DNA of 64,000 bases from an uncultured Gammaproteobacteria bacterium (GCA_964616855.1 CAZTUJ010000003.1:4963-68962), one strand, 5' to 3'. Shown: positions 19,319 through 31,061, counted from the stretch's first letter. Notes: generated by a model not told the origin, from the letters alone. A program made the numbers and translations.

Positions 19319-19468
19319 ATGTGCAAATGCGCCTGGTTGAAGAAGTTGTTAGGATTAAAAAAAGAATGTTGTTGCTGCCATGCTGACAAGAGCGCGCCCG
19401 TAGCCCCAGTTTCCCCTGCGGCCCCAGTTAATGTAGAAAAAACTGAGGAAAAGTCCGTTCAGCAATAA
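19319..19468 (+). CDS. Unannotated 49-aa cysteine-rich small ORF (MCKCAWLKKLLGLKKECCCCHADK...)
   Basis: Hand-translated; it is below the ORF-track cutoff. TTGACT at 19255 is followed by TAAGAT about 16 nt later. The start context (tatttATG) is typical of this genome, and a strong terminator follows directly. Confidence 0.45.
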   Translation: MCKCAWLKKLLGLKKECCCCHADKSAPVAPVSPAAPVNVEKTEEKSVQQ

Positions 19469-19483
19469 TTTGCTATTTTATCA

Positions 19484-19511
19484 TAAAAAAACGCGTTTGA
19501 CGCGTTTTTTT
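19484..19511. terminator. Intrinsic terminator (AAAAAAACGCGT ttg ACGCGTTTTTTT)
   Basis: Perfect palindromic stem flanked by A-runs and T-runs. Confidence 0.8.
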
Positions 19512-19524
19512 ATCATTTGTTGAG

Positions 19525-20376
19525 ATGTTTATTGATACTCACGCCCATGTTAACTTTCATGATTTTAAAGACGATGCCGATGAGGTAATTCGTCGGGCTT
19601 TAGATAATGATACCTGGATGGTGTTGGTGGGCTCAGAATACAAGACTTCTAATCGCGCCTTGGCGCATGCTAATCGCTACGAAAAAGGCGTTTATGCGGC
19701 TGTGGGTCTGCACCCTATTCATTTAGAAGAGCAGGCAGTGGCCAATAATGATGAGAATGGGGAATATAATTTTACCACTCGAGCAGAGGAGTTTAATTAT
19801 GATGCTTACGAAAAATTGGCAAAATTTGAAAAAGTGGTGGCCATTGGTGAGGTCGGTTTAGATTATTATCATCTTGATCCCACCAAAGACGTGGCTGCGG
19901 CTAAAAAATTACAGCAAGAGGTTTTTTTAAAGCAGTTACTTTTAGCCCGTCATCTTGATTTGCCAGTAATAATTCATTGCCGCCAAGCCCACGATGATTT
20001 ACTTAGTATTTTACAAGATTTTAAGAAAGTTTACGCTGATTTTATCCCGGCTGATCGTCCTTGGGGAGTTATTCATTGCTTTTCTGGGGACGAAGATTTG
20101 GCTTGGAAGTATTTTTCTCTCGGTTTAATCATTTCTTTTACCGGCTTGGTAACCTTTAGTAAGCAATGGGATGATGTTCTGAGAAAAATCCCTTTAGACA
20201 AGTTTATGATTGAGACCGATTCTCCCTATATGACTCCAGAACCTTATCGTGGTCGCAGAAATGAACCAATATTAGTGCAATATGTTGCCGGTAGAATTGC
20301 TGAAATCCGTAATTCTAGTATTGAAAAGATTGCCGCTGTTACTACTGATACTGCTCGTCGTTTTTTTAAGATTTAA
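19525..20376 (+). CDS. tatD: TatD-family metal-dependent hydrolase
   Basis: DTHAHVN, EVGLDYY, IIHCR and ETDSPY motifs. Confidence 0.9.
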   Translation: MFIDTHAHVNFHDFKDDADEVIRRALDNDTWMVLVGSEYKTSNRALAHANRYEKGVYAAVGLHPIHLEEQAVANNDENGEYNFTTRAEEFNYDAYEKLAKFEKVVAIGEVGLDYYHLDPTKDVAAAKKLQQEVFLKQLLLARHLDLPVIIHCRQAHDDLLSILQDFKKVYADFIPADRPWGVIHCFSGDEDLAWKYFSLGLIISFTGLVTFSKQWDDVLRKIPLDKFMIETDSPYMTPEPYRGRRNEPILVQYVAGRIAEIRNSSIEKIAAVTTDTARRFFKI

Positions 20377-20424
20377 ATTTTTCACTTTTTAATCAAAATC
20401 CATTCGCTCCGATTTTGTTGGGTC

Positions 20425-20453
20425 TTGACTTTTTTTGGATTAGGGTGTATATA
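20425..20453 (+). promoter_or_regulatory. Putative atp operon promoter (TTGACT-17-TATATA)
   Basis: Hexamers at 20425-20430 and 20448-20453. Confidence 0.5.
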
Positions 20454-20490
20454 ACAAGTGGTTTTCTCAAATTTTATCTAATTTAAGCCT

Positions 20491-20787
20491 ATGGACGCTA
20501 AATCAATCAGACAAATTATGCTTTCGGGGATGGCTTATAGCCTTTCCTCAATCATTGCGCCTTTATTGTTTTTAGGTGTCCCCGCTTACTTCTTGGATCG
20601 ATATTTTCAGACTAAGCCAATTTTGATGCTAATTGCGGTTTTTTTCTCCTTTATTATTACTAATATCTTGTTGTTTAAGAAAGTTTCGAAAATAAATCGG
20701 ATGATTGCGGAACAATTTCCTCCATTGCCGGCCTCTCAGCCGGTGAAAGATGTTGACGGAAAGGAGACAATCAATAAAGAATTATGA
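20491..20787 (+). CDS. atpZ: AtpZ/AtpI-like small membrane protein
   Basis: 98 aa with two TM helices (..LLFLGVPAYFLDRYFQTKPILMLIAVFF..). It is the first gene of the atp operon and has an ATGA overlap with subunit a. Confidence 0.65.
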   Translation: MDAKSIRQIMLSGMAYSLSSIIAPLLFLGVPAYFLDRYFQTKPILMLIAVFFSFIITNILLFKKVSKINRMIAEQFPPLPASQPVKDVDGKETINKEL

Positions 20788-21530
20788 CTTTAGATATTTC
20801 CCTGGCTCCTGAAATTTTGTTTAATATCGGCGGTGTTCCTATTTCTAATGCTTTTTTTTGGTCATGGTTTGTTTTTGTTTTTCTGATTATTGGCGCTTTT
20901 CTCTTAAAACGAAGCTTAAAGATGCGCCCGGGTAAGTTTCAGAGTATAATTGAAATGTTGGTGGGCGGTGCCTATGATTTTGTGGAGTCGATGATGGGTG
21001 ATAAAAAAAAGGCGAGACGGGTATTTCCTCTTGTTTTTACCATGTTTTTCTTTATTTTCTTTTGCAATCTCCTGACTTTTATTCCCGGTCAATCGGCAAT
21101 AACCATTAAAACGGCTGGTGGAGTTGTTCCTTTATTTCGGGCAATTATCTCTGATTATGGCATTGTCTTCGTGATGACCATAGTTTCTGTAATTGTGACT
21201 CAAATTGTCTCTTTGGCGGTTGTTGGCCCTCTGGGTTATATTGGCAAGTTTTTTAACTTTACCAGCCCTCTAAATTTCTTTTTAGGTTTAATGGATTTGG
21301 TGGGAGAATTGGCAAAAGTAATGTCTTTGTCTTTCCGTTTGTTTGGCAATATCTTTGCGGGGGAAGTCCTGGGGGCTGTTATGTTATTTTTGTTCCCCTT
21401 TTTCTTACCTCTACCCTTTGCTTTCCTAGGTTTACTAACGGCGGTTGTTCAACCTTTTGTTTTTTCCGTTTTGACCCTGGTTTTTATTTCGATGGCCACT
21501 CCCAACGGGGAAGCGGAGGCACATGTTTAG
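20784..21530 (+). CDS. atpB: F-type ATP synthase Fo subunit a, copy 1 (divergent)
   Basis: Polytopic, 248 aa. It has the stator-arginine motif LSFRLFGNIFAGEVL and a distal helix VVQPFVFSVLTLVFIS. Confidence 0.85.
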   Translation: MTLDISLAPEILFNIGGVPISNAFFWSWFVFVFLIIGAFLLKRSLKMRPGKFQSIIEMLVGGAYDFVESMMGDKKKARRVFPLVFTMFFFIFFCNLLTFIPGQSAITIKTAGGVVPLFRAIISDYGIVFVMTIVSVIVTQIVSLAVVGPLGYIGKFFNFTSPLNFFLGLMDLVGELAKVMSLSFRLFGNIFAGEVLGAVMLFLFPFFLPLPFAFLGLLTAVVQPFVFSVLTLVFISMATPNGEAEAHV

Positions 21531-21549
21531 TTAAAATTTTTATTTATAA

Positions 21550-21792
<243 letters not shown>

Positions 21793-21808
21793 AGGATGAA
21801 GCCTGTCC

Positions 21809-21825
21809 GGCGGATTTTATCCGCC
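21809..21825 (+). promoter_or_regulatory. Stem-loop after atpE copy 1
   Basis: GGCGGAT ttt ATCCGCC with no T-run, so it is probably an mRNA-stability or processing hairpin rather than a terminator. Confidence 0.45.
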
Positions 21826-21828
21826 TGA

Positions 21829-22353
21829 TTGCCCCGTCTTTTAACTTTATTCTTTATGGGTTTAATTTACGCTCTCGGTATTGATGGCCGCATTCTCCTA
21901 GCACAATTATTTAACTTTGCTATTCTTGTATTTATTTTGTGGCGTTTTGCTTATAAGCCAGTTTTAAATATTTTAGAGGAGCGGCGCTTGAAGGTGGAAA
22001 AAAGCCTTGATGACGCTGAAGCGGCGACTAAACGCTTAAAACAAGCAGAAGCTGAAAGTAAAAAGATTTTGTCGGAATCTCGGAAAGAGGCTAGTAAAAT
22101 AATTGAAGCGGCTCAAATTCAGGCAGAGGAAAGACAAAAAGAAGTAGTGCGTCAGGCTGAGGCGGATATTGAAGCCCTTATTAACAAGGAAAGGGGTCGC
22201 TTAGTTGCAGAGAAAACCACTATTTTAGTCAGTTTGAAGAAAGAGGTCTCTTCTTTGTTATTAGCCGGTTTAAAGAAATTCTTAGATGAAAACATTGATG
22301 ATAAAAAAGATCAGGCAGTGATTGAAAAAATTATTAAAAATTTAGGTGAGTAA
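21829..22353 (+). CDS. atpF: Fo subunit b, copy 1
   Basis: A single N-terminal TM helix (LFNFAILVFILWRFAYKPVLNILEERR) followed by a long charged helix. The start is either TTG at 21829 or ATG at 21856. Confidence 0.85.
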   Translation: MPRLLTLFFMGLIYALGIDGRILLAQLFNFAILVFILWRFAYKPVLNILEERRLKVEKSLDDAEAATKRLKQAEAESKKILSESRKEASKIIEAAQIQAEERQKEVVRQAEADIEALINKERGRLVAEKTTILVSLKKEVSSLLLAGLKKFLDENIDDKKDQAVIEKIIKNLGE

Positions 22354-22361
22354 TTAAATTT

Positions 22362-23210
22362 ATGGTAGAACCAGTTTTAGAAAATAGCTCCACAGAAGTT
22401 CATACAGAAGTAAAGCACGAAAGCCCTTTATACGCGGAGCCGGTTTTTGAATTAGGCGGATTTCATGTAACTAACTCTTTTATTAGCTCTTTATTGGTGG
22501 TGATAATTGTTCTAGCTTTTGGCCTTTCTTTACGCGGAAGGATTAAGTTGATTCCTAAAGGTTTTCAGAATTTATTAGAGATTATTATTGAAAGTTTGCT
22601 AAATTTATTTGATACCGTAACTCATTCTCGACAAAAAACCTTACTCTTTGCCCCTTTAGTCCTCTCCCTCTTCTTTTTTATCTTGATTAATAATTGGTTA
22701 GGGCTTTTGCCTGGAGTAGGTACGATTGGCAAGATTGTTTCCGAGCACGGAGAGGCGGTTTTTGTGCCTTTTTTCCGAGGCGGAACGGCTGATTTGAATA
22801 CCACCTTAGCCCTGGCTATTATTGGTGTTTTCATGAGCCATGTTTTAGGAGTATTAGCTGTCGGGTGGTGGCATCATTTTAACAAGTTTATCAACTTAAA
22901 AGCGTTTTTAGAAATTGCCGGAAAGATTAGGAAAGATCCTACAATTATTTTAGTAAATCCTATTAAAGCTTTTGTGGGTTTAATTGAAATTGTCGGTGAA
23001 GCCGCTAAAGTTGCCAGTCTTTCCTTCCGTTTATTTGGTAATATTTTTGCGGGTGAAGTCCTTTTGGTCTCAATGTCGGCAATTATGGCCTTTGTTGTTC
23101 CTATCCCCTTTATGTTTTTAGAGATAATTGTTGGTTTGATTCAGGCTTTTATTTTTGCTATCCTGATTCTCAGTTATCTTTCTATTAATACTACCAAAGA
23201 ATCACATTAA
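22362..23210 (+). CDS. atpB: Fo subunit a, copy 2 (canonical-looking)
   Basis: 282 aa with the GGTADLNTTLALAI loop motif, LSFRLFGNIFAGEVL and GLIQAFIFAILILSYLS. Confidence 0.9.
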   Translation: MVEPVLENSSTEVHTEVKHESPLYAEPVFELGGFHVTNSFISSLLVVIIVLAFGLSLRGRIKLIPKGFQNLLEIIIESLLNLFDTVTHSRQKTLLFAPLVLSLFFFILINNWLGLLPGVGTIGKIVSEHGEAVFVPFFRGGTADLNTTLALAIIGVFMSHVLGVLAVGWWHHFNKFINLKAFLEIAGKIRKDPTIILVNPIKAFVGLIEIVGEAAKVASLSFRLFGNIFAGEVLLVSMSAIMAFVVPIPFMFLEIIVGLIQAFIFAILILSYLSINTTKESH

Positions 23211-23261
23211 TAATTAATTAATAATAAAAACTCGTAGCGTTTTATGCGCTAGGGTTAATAA

Positions 23262-23486
<225 letters not shown>

Positions 23487-23544
23487 TCGTAGGTCGCGTT
23501 TTCGGTCCAGCCCCTCCGATTTCAGACTTTAATCATAAATTTTT

Positions 23545-24033
23545 ATGGAATCAATCATTACAGATTTTCATGTAGACTTGTATGCGCTTGTCGCTCAGCT
23601 GGTCAATTTTTCTATAGTAGTCGCTGTTTTATACTTTTTTGCCTTTAAGCCAATCGTTAAAATGATGACTGAACGGTCAGACAAGATTGCCCAAGGTCTT
23701 AAGGACGCTGAAAACAGTCGCGCACAATTAGATAATACCGAAATAGAAACCCAGTCTCTTCTCAAAGAAGCTCGCCGTCAGGCAGATTTAATTATTGCTG
23801 AGGCTAATAATCAGGCAACGGAAAATCAATCCGCTATCTTAATAAAAACTAAAGAACAAGTGCAAGCGGTTGTTAATCAGGAAAAAGAAAATATTGAAAA
23901 TGAGCTGGCTAAGACTTTGTTAAGCTTGAAGCGCGAGACTGCTCTCTTGGCGGTGACAATGGCAGAAAAAATTCTTGGTGAAAAAATGGATGTACAGATG
24001 GACGAGAGCTTTATAAATAAGATAACGCAATAA
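23545..24033 (+). CDS. atpF: Fo subunit b, copy 2
   Basis: N-terminal TM helix (LVNFSIVVAVLYFFAFKPIVKMMTERS) followed by a long charged helix. Confidence 0.85.
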   Translation: MESIITDFHVDLYALVAQLVNFSIVVAVLYFFAFKPIVKMMTERSDKIAQGLKDAENSRAQLDNTEIETQSLLKEARRQADLIIAEANNQATENQSAILIKTKEQVQAVVNQEKENIENELAKTLLSLKRETALLAVTMAEKILGEKMDVQMDESFINKITQ

Positions 24034-24036
24034 CTT

Positions 24037-24438
24037 ATGAAAGTCAGTGCTAAACAATATGCTCGCGGCTTATTTGAGTTAATAGTTGATAAATCAGAAG
24101 AAGAAGCAAAAATTTTGTTTACTCGATTTATTGAGTTTCTTCACGGCCGCCAAGATTTAAATAGAGCGGAAGAAATTATTGAAGAATTAAGTCATATTTA
24201 TGAAGAGGCGAACGGTGAATTACGGGCTGAATTAATTAGTGCCCGACCATTATCTGAAAAGGCTAAACGTCAAGTAATATCTTATTTAGAAAAACGCGCG
24301 GGCGTCGGTCACGTGCAATTGAGCGAAAAAATCGACCCCGTTCTCCTTGGAGGCTTTGTTCTCCGTTATAACGGCTTAGTGGTTGACGGTAGCCTAAAAA
24401 ATAATTTGAGAAAATTTGAAAAACAGCTTAGTAACTAA
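24037..24438 (+). CDS. atpH: F1 subunit delta (OSCP), short form of 133 aa
   Basis: Its position lies between b and alpha. The C-terminal motif is IDPVLLGGFVLRYNGLVVDGSLKNNL. Confidence 0.8.
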   Translation: MKVSAKQYARGLFELIVDKSEEEAKILFTRFIEFLHGRQDLNRAEEIIEELSHIYEEANGELRAELISARPLSEKAKRQVISYLEKRAGVGHVQLSEKIDPVLLGGFVLRYNGLVVDGSLKNNLRKFEKQLSN

Positions 24439-24447
24439 TTAAATTAT

Positions 24448-26067
24448 ATGCCTAGCCCCAATGATTTTATTGTTGATCAGATTAAAAGCCAAATTTCCGA
24501 CTTCAAGACCGAAGTGGAGAAGAAAAACGCCGACCGCATTCTTAAGATTTCCGATGGCGCTGCTTTAGTCGATCAATTAAAGCGTCAGATTGCTGATTTT
24601 CGTGCCGAAGTGGAGGAAAGCAGTGTCGGTCGCGTTCTAAAAATTTCCGACGGTATCGCCTTGGTCTCCGGATTAACACAGGCGATGATGAGTGAAATTT
24701 TACTTTTTAAATCTGCCCACGGTGAAGTCGCCGGTGTGGCTTTAAATTTGGAAGAAAACTTAGTCGGTGCCATGATTATGGGCGACTTTGCCGGGATTAA
24801 AGAAGGTGATGAAGTTGTCTGTACTAAACGTATTTTGAGCGTGCCCGTGGGTGAGGCTTTAGTGGGTAGAGTGGTTAATCCTTTAGGTGAAGCCTTAGAT
24901 GGAAAAGGGGCCTTAGATACTACTCAATTTAACCCGGTTGAAAAGATTGCCCCCGGCGTTATTACTCGTGCCTCCGTTAATCAGCCCGTTCAAACTGGTA
25001 TCAAGGCTATTGATGCCATGATTCCGATTGGTCGCGGTCAACGGGAATTAATTATTGGCGATCGCCAGATTGGTAAGACTGCCATTGCTATTGACGCCAT
25101 CATTAATCAGAAGGGCCAGAACATGAAATGTATTTATGTTGCTATTGGTCAGAAAGAGTCTAAGGTGGCCGATATTTTACGTAAGCTTGAGGCCGCTGGG
25201 GCCATGGAATATACCACCATTGTTTTAGCGGGCGCTTCCAGCCCGGCCGCTTTGCTCTACATCGCTCCTTACGCTGGCTGCGCGATGGCCGAATATTTTT
25301 TGGATAAGGGCGAAGATGTTTTAATTGTTTATGATGATTTATCTAAGCACGCCGTTTCTTATCGCGAAATTTCTCTTTTACTCCGTCGTCCTCCGGGTCG
25401 CGAAGCTTTCCCGGGCGATGTCTTTTATTTACATTCCCGTCTTTTGGAAAGAGCTTGTAAATTAAATCCTGATTTTGGCGGCGGCTCCATTACCGCTTTG
25501 CCTATTATTGAAACACAGGCAGGTGATATTTCTGCTTATATTCCGACCAACGTTATTTCTATTACTGATGGTCAGATTTTCTTGGAACCAGATATGTTTT
25601 ATAAGGGTAACCGCCCAGCTATTAACGCTGGTTTGTCTGTCTCCCGCGTCGGTTCCTCTGCTCAGATTAAGGCAATGAAAAAAGTTGCTGGCAAGATGCG
25701 TCTTGAAGCAGCTCAATTCCGTGAATTAGCGGCCTTTGCTCAGTTCGGTTCTGATTTAGATGAAGAAACTAGCCGTAAATTGGAAAGAGGCAAGCGCTTA
25801 TATGAAGTCTTTAAACAAGATCAATATCAACCTTTATCCGTAGATAAGCAGGTAGTTATTTATTACGCTTTAATTAATGGTTTTGTTGATAATGTTCCGG
25901 TGGAAAAGGTGCGTAGTTTTGAAGCGGGCCTGTATAAATACATGGATTTAAATAGTGACGTTTCTAAGTTAATTGTTGAAAAGAAAGAATTGGATGCTGA
26001 AGTTGAAGAAAAAATTAAGAGAGTGCTAAGCAACTACAAAGAGACTCTGGACTATTTAATCAGTTAG
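24448..26067 (+). CDS. atpA: F1 subunit alpha (539 aa, with a duplicated N-terminal segment)
   Basis: Walker A GDRQIGKT, with highly conserved alpha-subunit sequence throughout. Confidence 0.97.
   Translation: MPSPNDFIVDQIKSQISDFKTEVEKKNADRILKISDGAALVDQLKRQIADFRAEVEESSVGRVLKISDGIALVSGLTQAMMSEILLFKSAHGEVAGVALNLEENLVGAMIMGDFAGIKEGDEVVCTKRILSVPVGEALVGRVVNPLGEALDGKGALDTTQFNPVEKIAPGVITRASVNQPVQTGIKAIDAMIPIGRGQRELIIGDRQIGKTAIAIDAIINQKGQNMKCIYVAIGQKESKVADILRKLEAAGAMEYTTIVLAGASSPAALLYIAPYAGCAMAEYFLDKGEDVLIVYDDLSKHAVSYREISLLLRRPPGREAFPGDVFYLHSRLLERACKLNPDFGGGSITALPIIETQAGDISAYIPTNVISITDGQIFLEPDMFYKGNRPAINAGLSVSRVGSSAQIKAMKKVAGKMRLEAAQFRELAAFAQFGSDLDEETSRKLERGKRLYEVFKQDQYQPLSVDKQVVIYYALINGFVDNVPVEKVRSFEAGLYKYMDLNSDVSKLIVEKKELDAEVEEKIKRVLSNYKETLDYLIS
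24472..24663 (+). repeat. In-frame tandem duplication (2 x 96 nt) of the alpha N-terminal segment
   Basis: [33 protein letters not shown] versus [33 protein letters not shown], about 21/33 identical by hand count. Confidence 0.85.
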
Positions 26068-26087
26068 GATTTTTAAGCTTTTTATCT

Positions 26088-28452
<2,365 letters not shown>

Positions 28453-28457
28453 TTATT

Positions 28458-28898
28458 ATGGCCGATAAAAAAAATATTAAATTCGAGATTGTTACCCCTG
28501 AACGGACTGTGCTTAAACAGGAAATTCTTCAGGTGACTGTTCCGACACAGTCGGGAGAGATTACCATCTTGCCCGATCACATCCCCTTGGTTTCGATGTT
28601 GAAGCCGGGAGTTTTGGAAATCAAAACTTTAGATCAAGAAATAGAAATTATGTCTGTTTCTGGAGGCTTTATTGAGGTTTTGCGGGACAAGGTGGTTATT
28701 TTAGCCGATACGGCAGAGCGAGCCCAAGAATTAGATGAATCTCGGATTGAAAAAGCGCGCAAGCAGGCAGAAGATGCTAAAGCCGAGGCTAATTCTCGCG
28801 AAGGCTATGACTTGTCGGCCGTGGCCGCTAAACTTGAAGCAGAATTGGCACGTGAACGCGCTCTTCATAAGTGGCGCCGTTTGAAAAATATAAAATAA
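28458..28898 (+). CDS. atpC: F1 subunit epsilon
   Basis: Beta-sandwich N-terminus (FEIVTPERTVL..SGEITILPDHIPL) plus a helical C-terminus. Confidence 0.9.
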   Translation: MADKKNIKFEIVTPERTVLKQEILQVTVPTQSGEITILPDHIPLVSMLKPGVLEIKTLDQEIEIMSVSGGFIEVLRDKVVILADTAERAQELDESRIEKARKQAEDAKAEANSREGYDLSAVAAKLEAELARERALHKWRRLKNIK

Positions 28899-28916
28899 TT
28901 CAGATAAATAAATATA

Positions 28917-29717
28917 GTGTTAACAAAAATGTCTAACGAAATGCCAAAACAAAATTTTCAGGGCCATCATGAAGATCATGAAACCCTCTTAAACCAAGAG
29001 TGGGAGAAATCTCAAAATAATGAGATTATTGTCGGCCTTAAAGAAGGTCGCAATCTCTCCGAACTGCTTGAAGCTCTGCCTGGCTTTAAAGAATCCTTCC
29101 AAAATTCTTTAGATTGTTTGGACTGTGCTGACGGCCGGGTTTGTTCCGGTCATAAGCTCGGTTTGGCCGGTCAGGGAATTCTCTTAAATGAGAGCGATCT
29201 CGCTATTTTAGAGACTAAAATTAAAGAGCTGGGAATTCGCGTCACCGGCCACGATAATTGTGGTGCCGCCGGCATCGCTCATCCTGGTCCAGATAGTGAT
29301 CTCCATGGCTACGAATTTACTAAGTCTTTAGCTGAGCGTACAGGCGCCTCTTATTCTGAGGTGCATAAAGAAGATTTTTCTTGTCCAGTCCACAATGAAC
29401 GCTGTTTAGTGCTTGAAGGGACGGGTCGTTTCGATGTCGCCAATCTCCAGGGCTTCCCGGGAAGATTTATCTCTTCTGCTGAATTTTTTGGTTTAAGCGA
29501 AGAATATCAGCGCACTGAGGCTAAGGCTTTAATTGGGATTGCTTTAGGAAATCATGGTTTCGGCCAGCGTTTTAGCCAGGAAGATCCTTTCTATCTGCTG
29601 ATTTCGGCAGAGAATGAAGAATCTTTGGTAAAGACTAAGGCTTGGGCCGAAGCAGTAGCCGCTGAATTTGAGGGCCGGGTAAGGGTAGAATCTTTTATCG
29701 CTCCGGCTAAGGCCTAA
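28917..29717 (+). CDS. Hypothetical protein with a beta-carbonic-anhydrase-like CxDxR / HxxCG motif pair; last gene before the atp operon terminator
   Basis: LDCADGRVC (C70, D72, R74) and VTGHDNCGAAG (H112, C115). There is an 18-nt gap after atpC with no terminator in between. The start is GTG at 28917 or ATG at 28929. Confidence 0.35.
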   Translation: MLTKMSNEMPKQNFQGHHEDHETLLNQEWEKSQNNEIIVGLKEGRNLSELLEALPGFKESFQNSLDCLDCADGRVCSGHKLGLAGQGILLNESDLAILETKIKELGIRVTGHDNCGAAGIAHPGPDSDLHGYEFTKSLAERTGASYSEVHKEDFSCPVHNERCLVLEGTGRFDVANLQGFPGRFISSAEFFGLSEEYQRTEAKALIGIALGNHGFGQRFSQEDPFYLLISAENEESLVKTKAWAEAVAAEFEGRVRVESFIAPAKA

Positions 29718-29739
29718 TCAAACAAGTATTTACTGAATT

Positions 29740-29776
29740 AAAAAACCCGCTGGCATTGTCAGCGGGTTTCTGTTTT
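29740..29776. terminator. Bidirectional intrinsic terminator closing the atp operon
   Basis: AAAAAACCCGCTG gcattgt CAGCGGGTTTCTGTTTT. Confidence 0.8.
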
Positions 29777-29790
29777 ATATCGGCTATTTT

Positions 29791-29937
29791 TTAGCAGATA
29801 TGGGTGTTGGCGGACCGGTAATAATCCCAGAGTTTTTCCAGGTAATCATCGGTTTTTGGTGAAGTATTTTCACCGCCCTTTTTGTCTTCTTTTGTCTCGA
29901 TGACAGTCATTGCTGAAAGTTTTTCTGCAGTTTCCAT
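29791..29937 (-). CDS. Possible 48-aa acidic small ORF (METAEKLSAMTVIETKEDKKGGENTSPKTDDYLEKLWDYYRSANTHIC)
   Basis: Hand-translated. It sits alone between two terminator hairpins. Whether it is actually coding is uncertain. Confidence 0.3.
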   Translation of the reverse strand: METAEKLSAMTVIETKEDKKGGENTSPKTDDYLEKLWDYYRSANTHIC

Positions 29938-29973
29938 GGCTCTGATATTGGGGTTAAATTTATAATGAACAAT

Positions 29974-30004
29974 AAAAAAACCGGCCCTTTTCGGCCGGTT
30001 TTTG
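29974..30004. terminator. Terminator downstream of uppP
   Basis: AAAAAAACCGGCC cttttc GGCCGGTTTTT. Confidence 0.75.
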
Positions 30005-30147
30005 CAAAGTCTTAATGATTGGGTTCTAGTCTAAGACGCGCAAAACTGGCCGGAGGGAGCCGGTAAAGTAAAAAGCAAAAAAGAAAGAATGATTGAGTTT
30101 TGCGTAGCGATTATTCATAACTTTTTCAATATAACAAAAATAATTAA

Positions 30148-30927
30148 TTAAAACAATATCCAAGCGAATAGAATTAGGCCTAAAACGATACGATACCAGC
30201 CGAAAATTTGGAAATCATTTTTTTGGATAAATTTTAAAAAGAATTTAATCCCTAAGACAGCGGTAATAAAGGCAGTAATTAGGCCAATTAACCAGATAAG
30301 CAAATCGTTACCATGTAAGACGGGTGGCGTTTTATATAAATCTAAAGCGGTGGCGGCCGCCATGGTCGGTAGGGCGAGCAAGAAAGAGAATTCAACAATA
30401 TTTTTTCGAGAAATATTAAGAGCCAGTCCGCCCATAATAGTGGCGGCCGAGCGAGAGACTCCCGGGATGATGGCTAGAGACTGAAAGACGCCAATGAGCG
30501 CGGCTTGGCGGTAGCTTAATTGCCCTAAATCTTGATTAAGCTCTATTTGTTGGCGGCGAGCAAAGTATTTTTCTAAAACAATCAGGATAATACCCCCGAT
30601 TAATAAAGCGGCGGCGATTAAGGGCAGGCTTTCCATTAAGTAATTTTTCACCAGTTTATAGGCTCCCAGTCCGATAATGGCGGTAGGGATGAAGGCAGCG
30701 GCAATTTTCAGAATTAATTTTGGTTCTCTAAGGAGTTTACGGGCATATAAAGCCGCTACGGAGAGAATGGCTCCGAGTTGGATGGAAATCAGGAAACTGT
30801 CTAAAAAGTCGCTCTCGGGGATGCCCAGGGCCTTAGAAGTGATAATAAGGTGAGCGGTGGAGGAGATGGGAAGAAATTCGGTGATACCCTCGATTAAACC
30901 GAGAAGAATAGAGTAAAAAATAGTCAT
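30148..30927 (-). CDS. uppP: Undecaprenyl-diphosphate phosphatase (BacA/UppP)
   Basis: EFLPISSTAHL and PGVSRSAATI motifs, with 8 TM helices. Confidence 0.93.
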   Translation of the reverse strand: MTIFYSILLGLIEGITEFLPISSTAHLIITSKALGIPESDFLDSFLISIQLGAILSVAALYARKLLREPKLILKIAAAFIPTAIIGLGAYKLVKNYLMESLPLIAAALLIGGIILIVLEKYFARRQQIELNQDLGQLSYRQAALIGVFQSLAIIPGVSRSAATIMGGLALNISRKNIVEFSFLLALPTMAAATALDLYKTPPVLHGNDLLIWLIGLITAFITAVLGIKFFLKFIQKNDFQIFGWYRIVLGLILFAWILF

Positions 30928-30995
30928 AATTTTATTATTTAATTCTACTATATTTTTTGAGTATTTGCCAGTCTTTTATTAATACTATTTCAGTC

Positions 30996-31024
30996 TTGAC
31001 AGGGTCAGAGAAAAGGCTTAAAAT
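30996..31024 (+). promoter_or_regulatory. groESL promoter (TTGACA-17-TAAAAT)
   Basis: Hexamers at 30996-31001 and 31019-31024, 10 nt upstream of CIRCE. Confidence 0.65.
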
Positions 31025-31034
31025 AGGCTTAGAC

Positions 31035-31061
31035 TTAGCACTCGCTTGCTTTGAGTGCTAA
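31035..31061 (+). promoter_or_regulatory. CIRCE operator, perfect consensus
   Basis: TTAGCACTC-gcttgcttt-GAGTGCTAA. Confidence 0.95.

Noticed and set aside
30006-30147. CGCAAAACT ... AGTTTTGCG long-range inverted repeat and a duplicated AATGATTG(G/A)GTT in the uppP 3' region
   Set aside because: The pairings are short and AT-rich, of a kind that could arise by chance in a 140-nt low-GC spacer. I recognise no motif of a known RNA family. It is worth an Rfam scan but not a claim.
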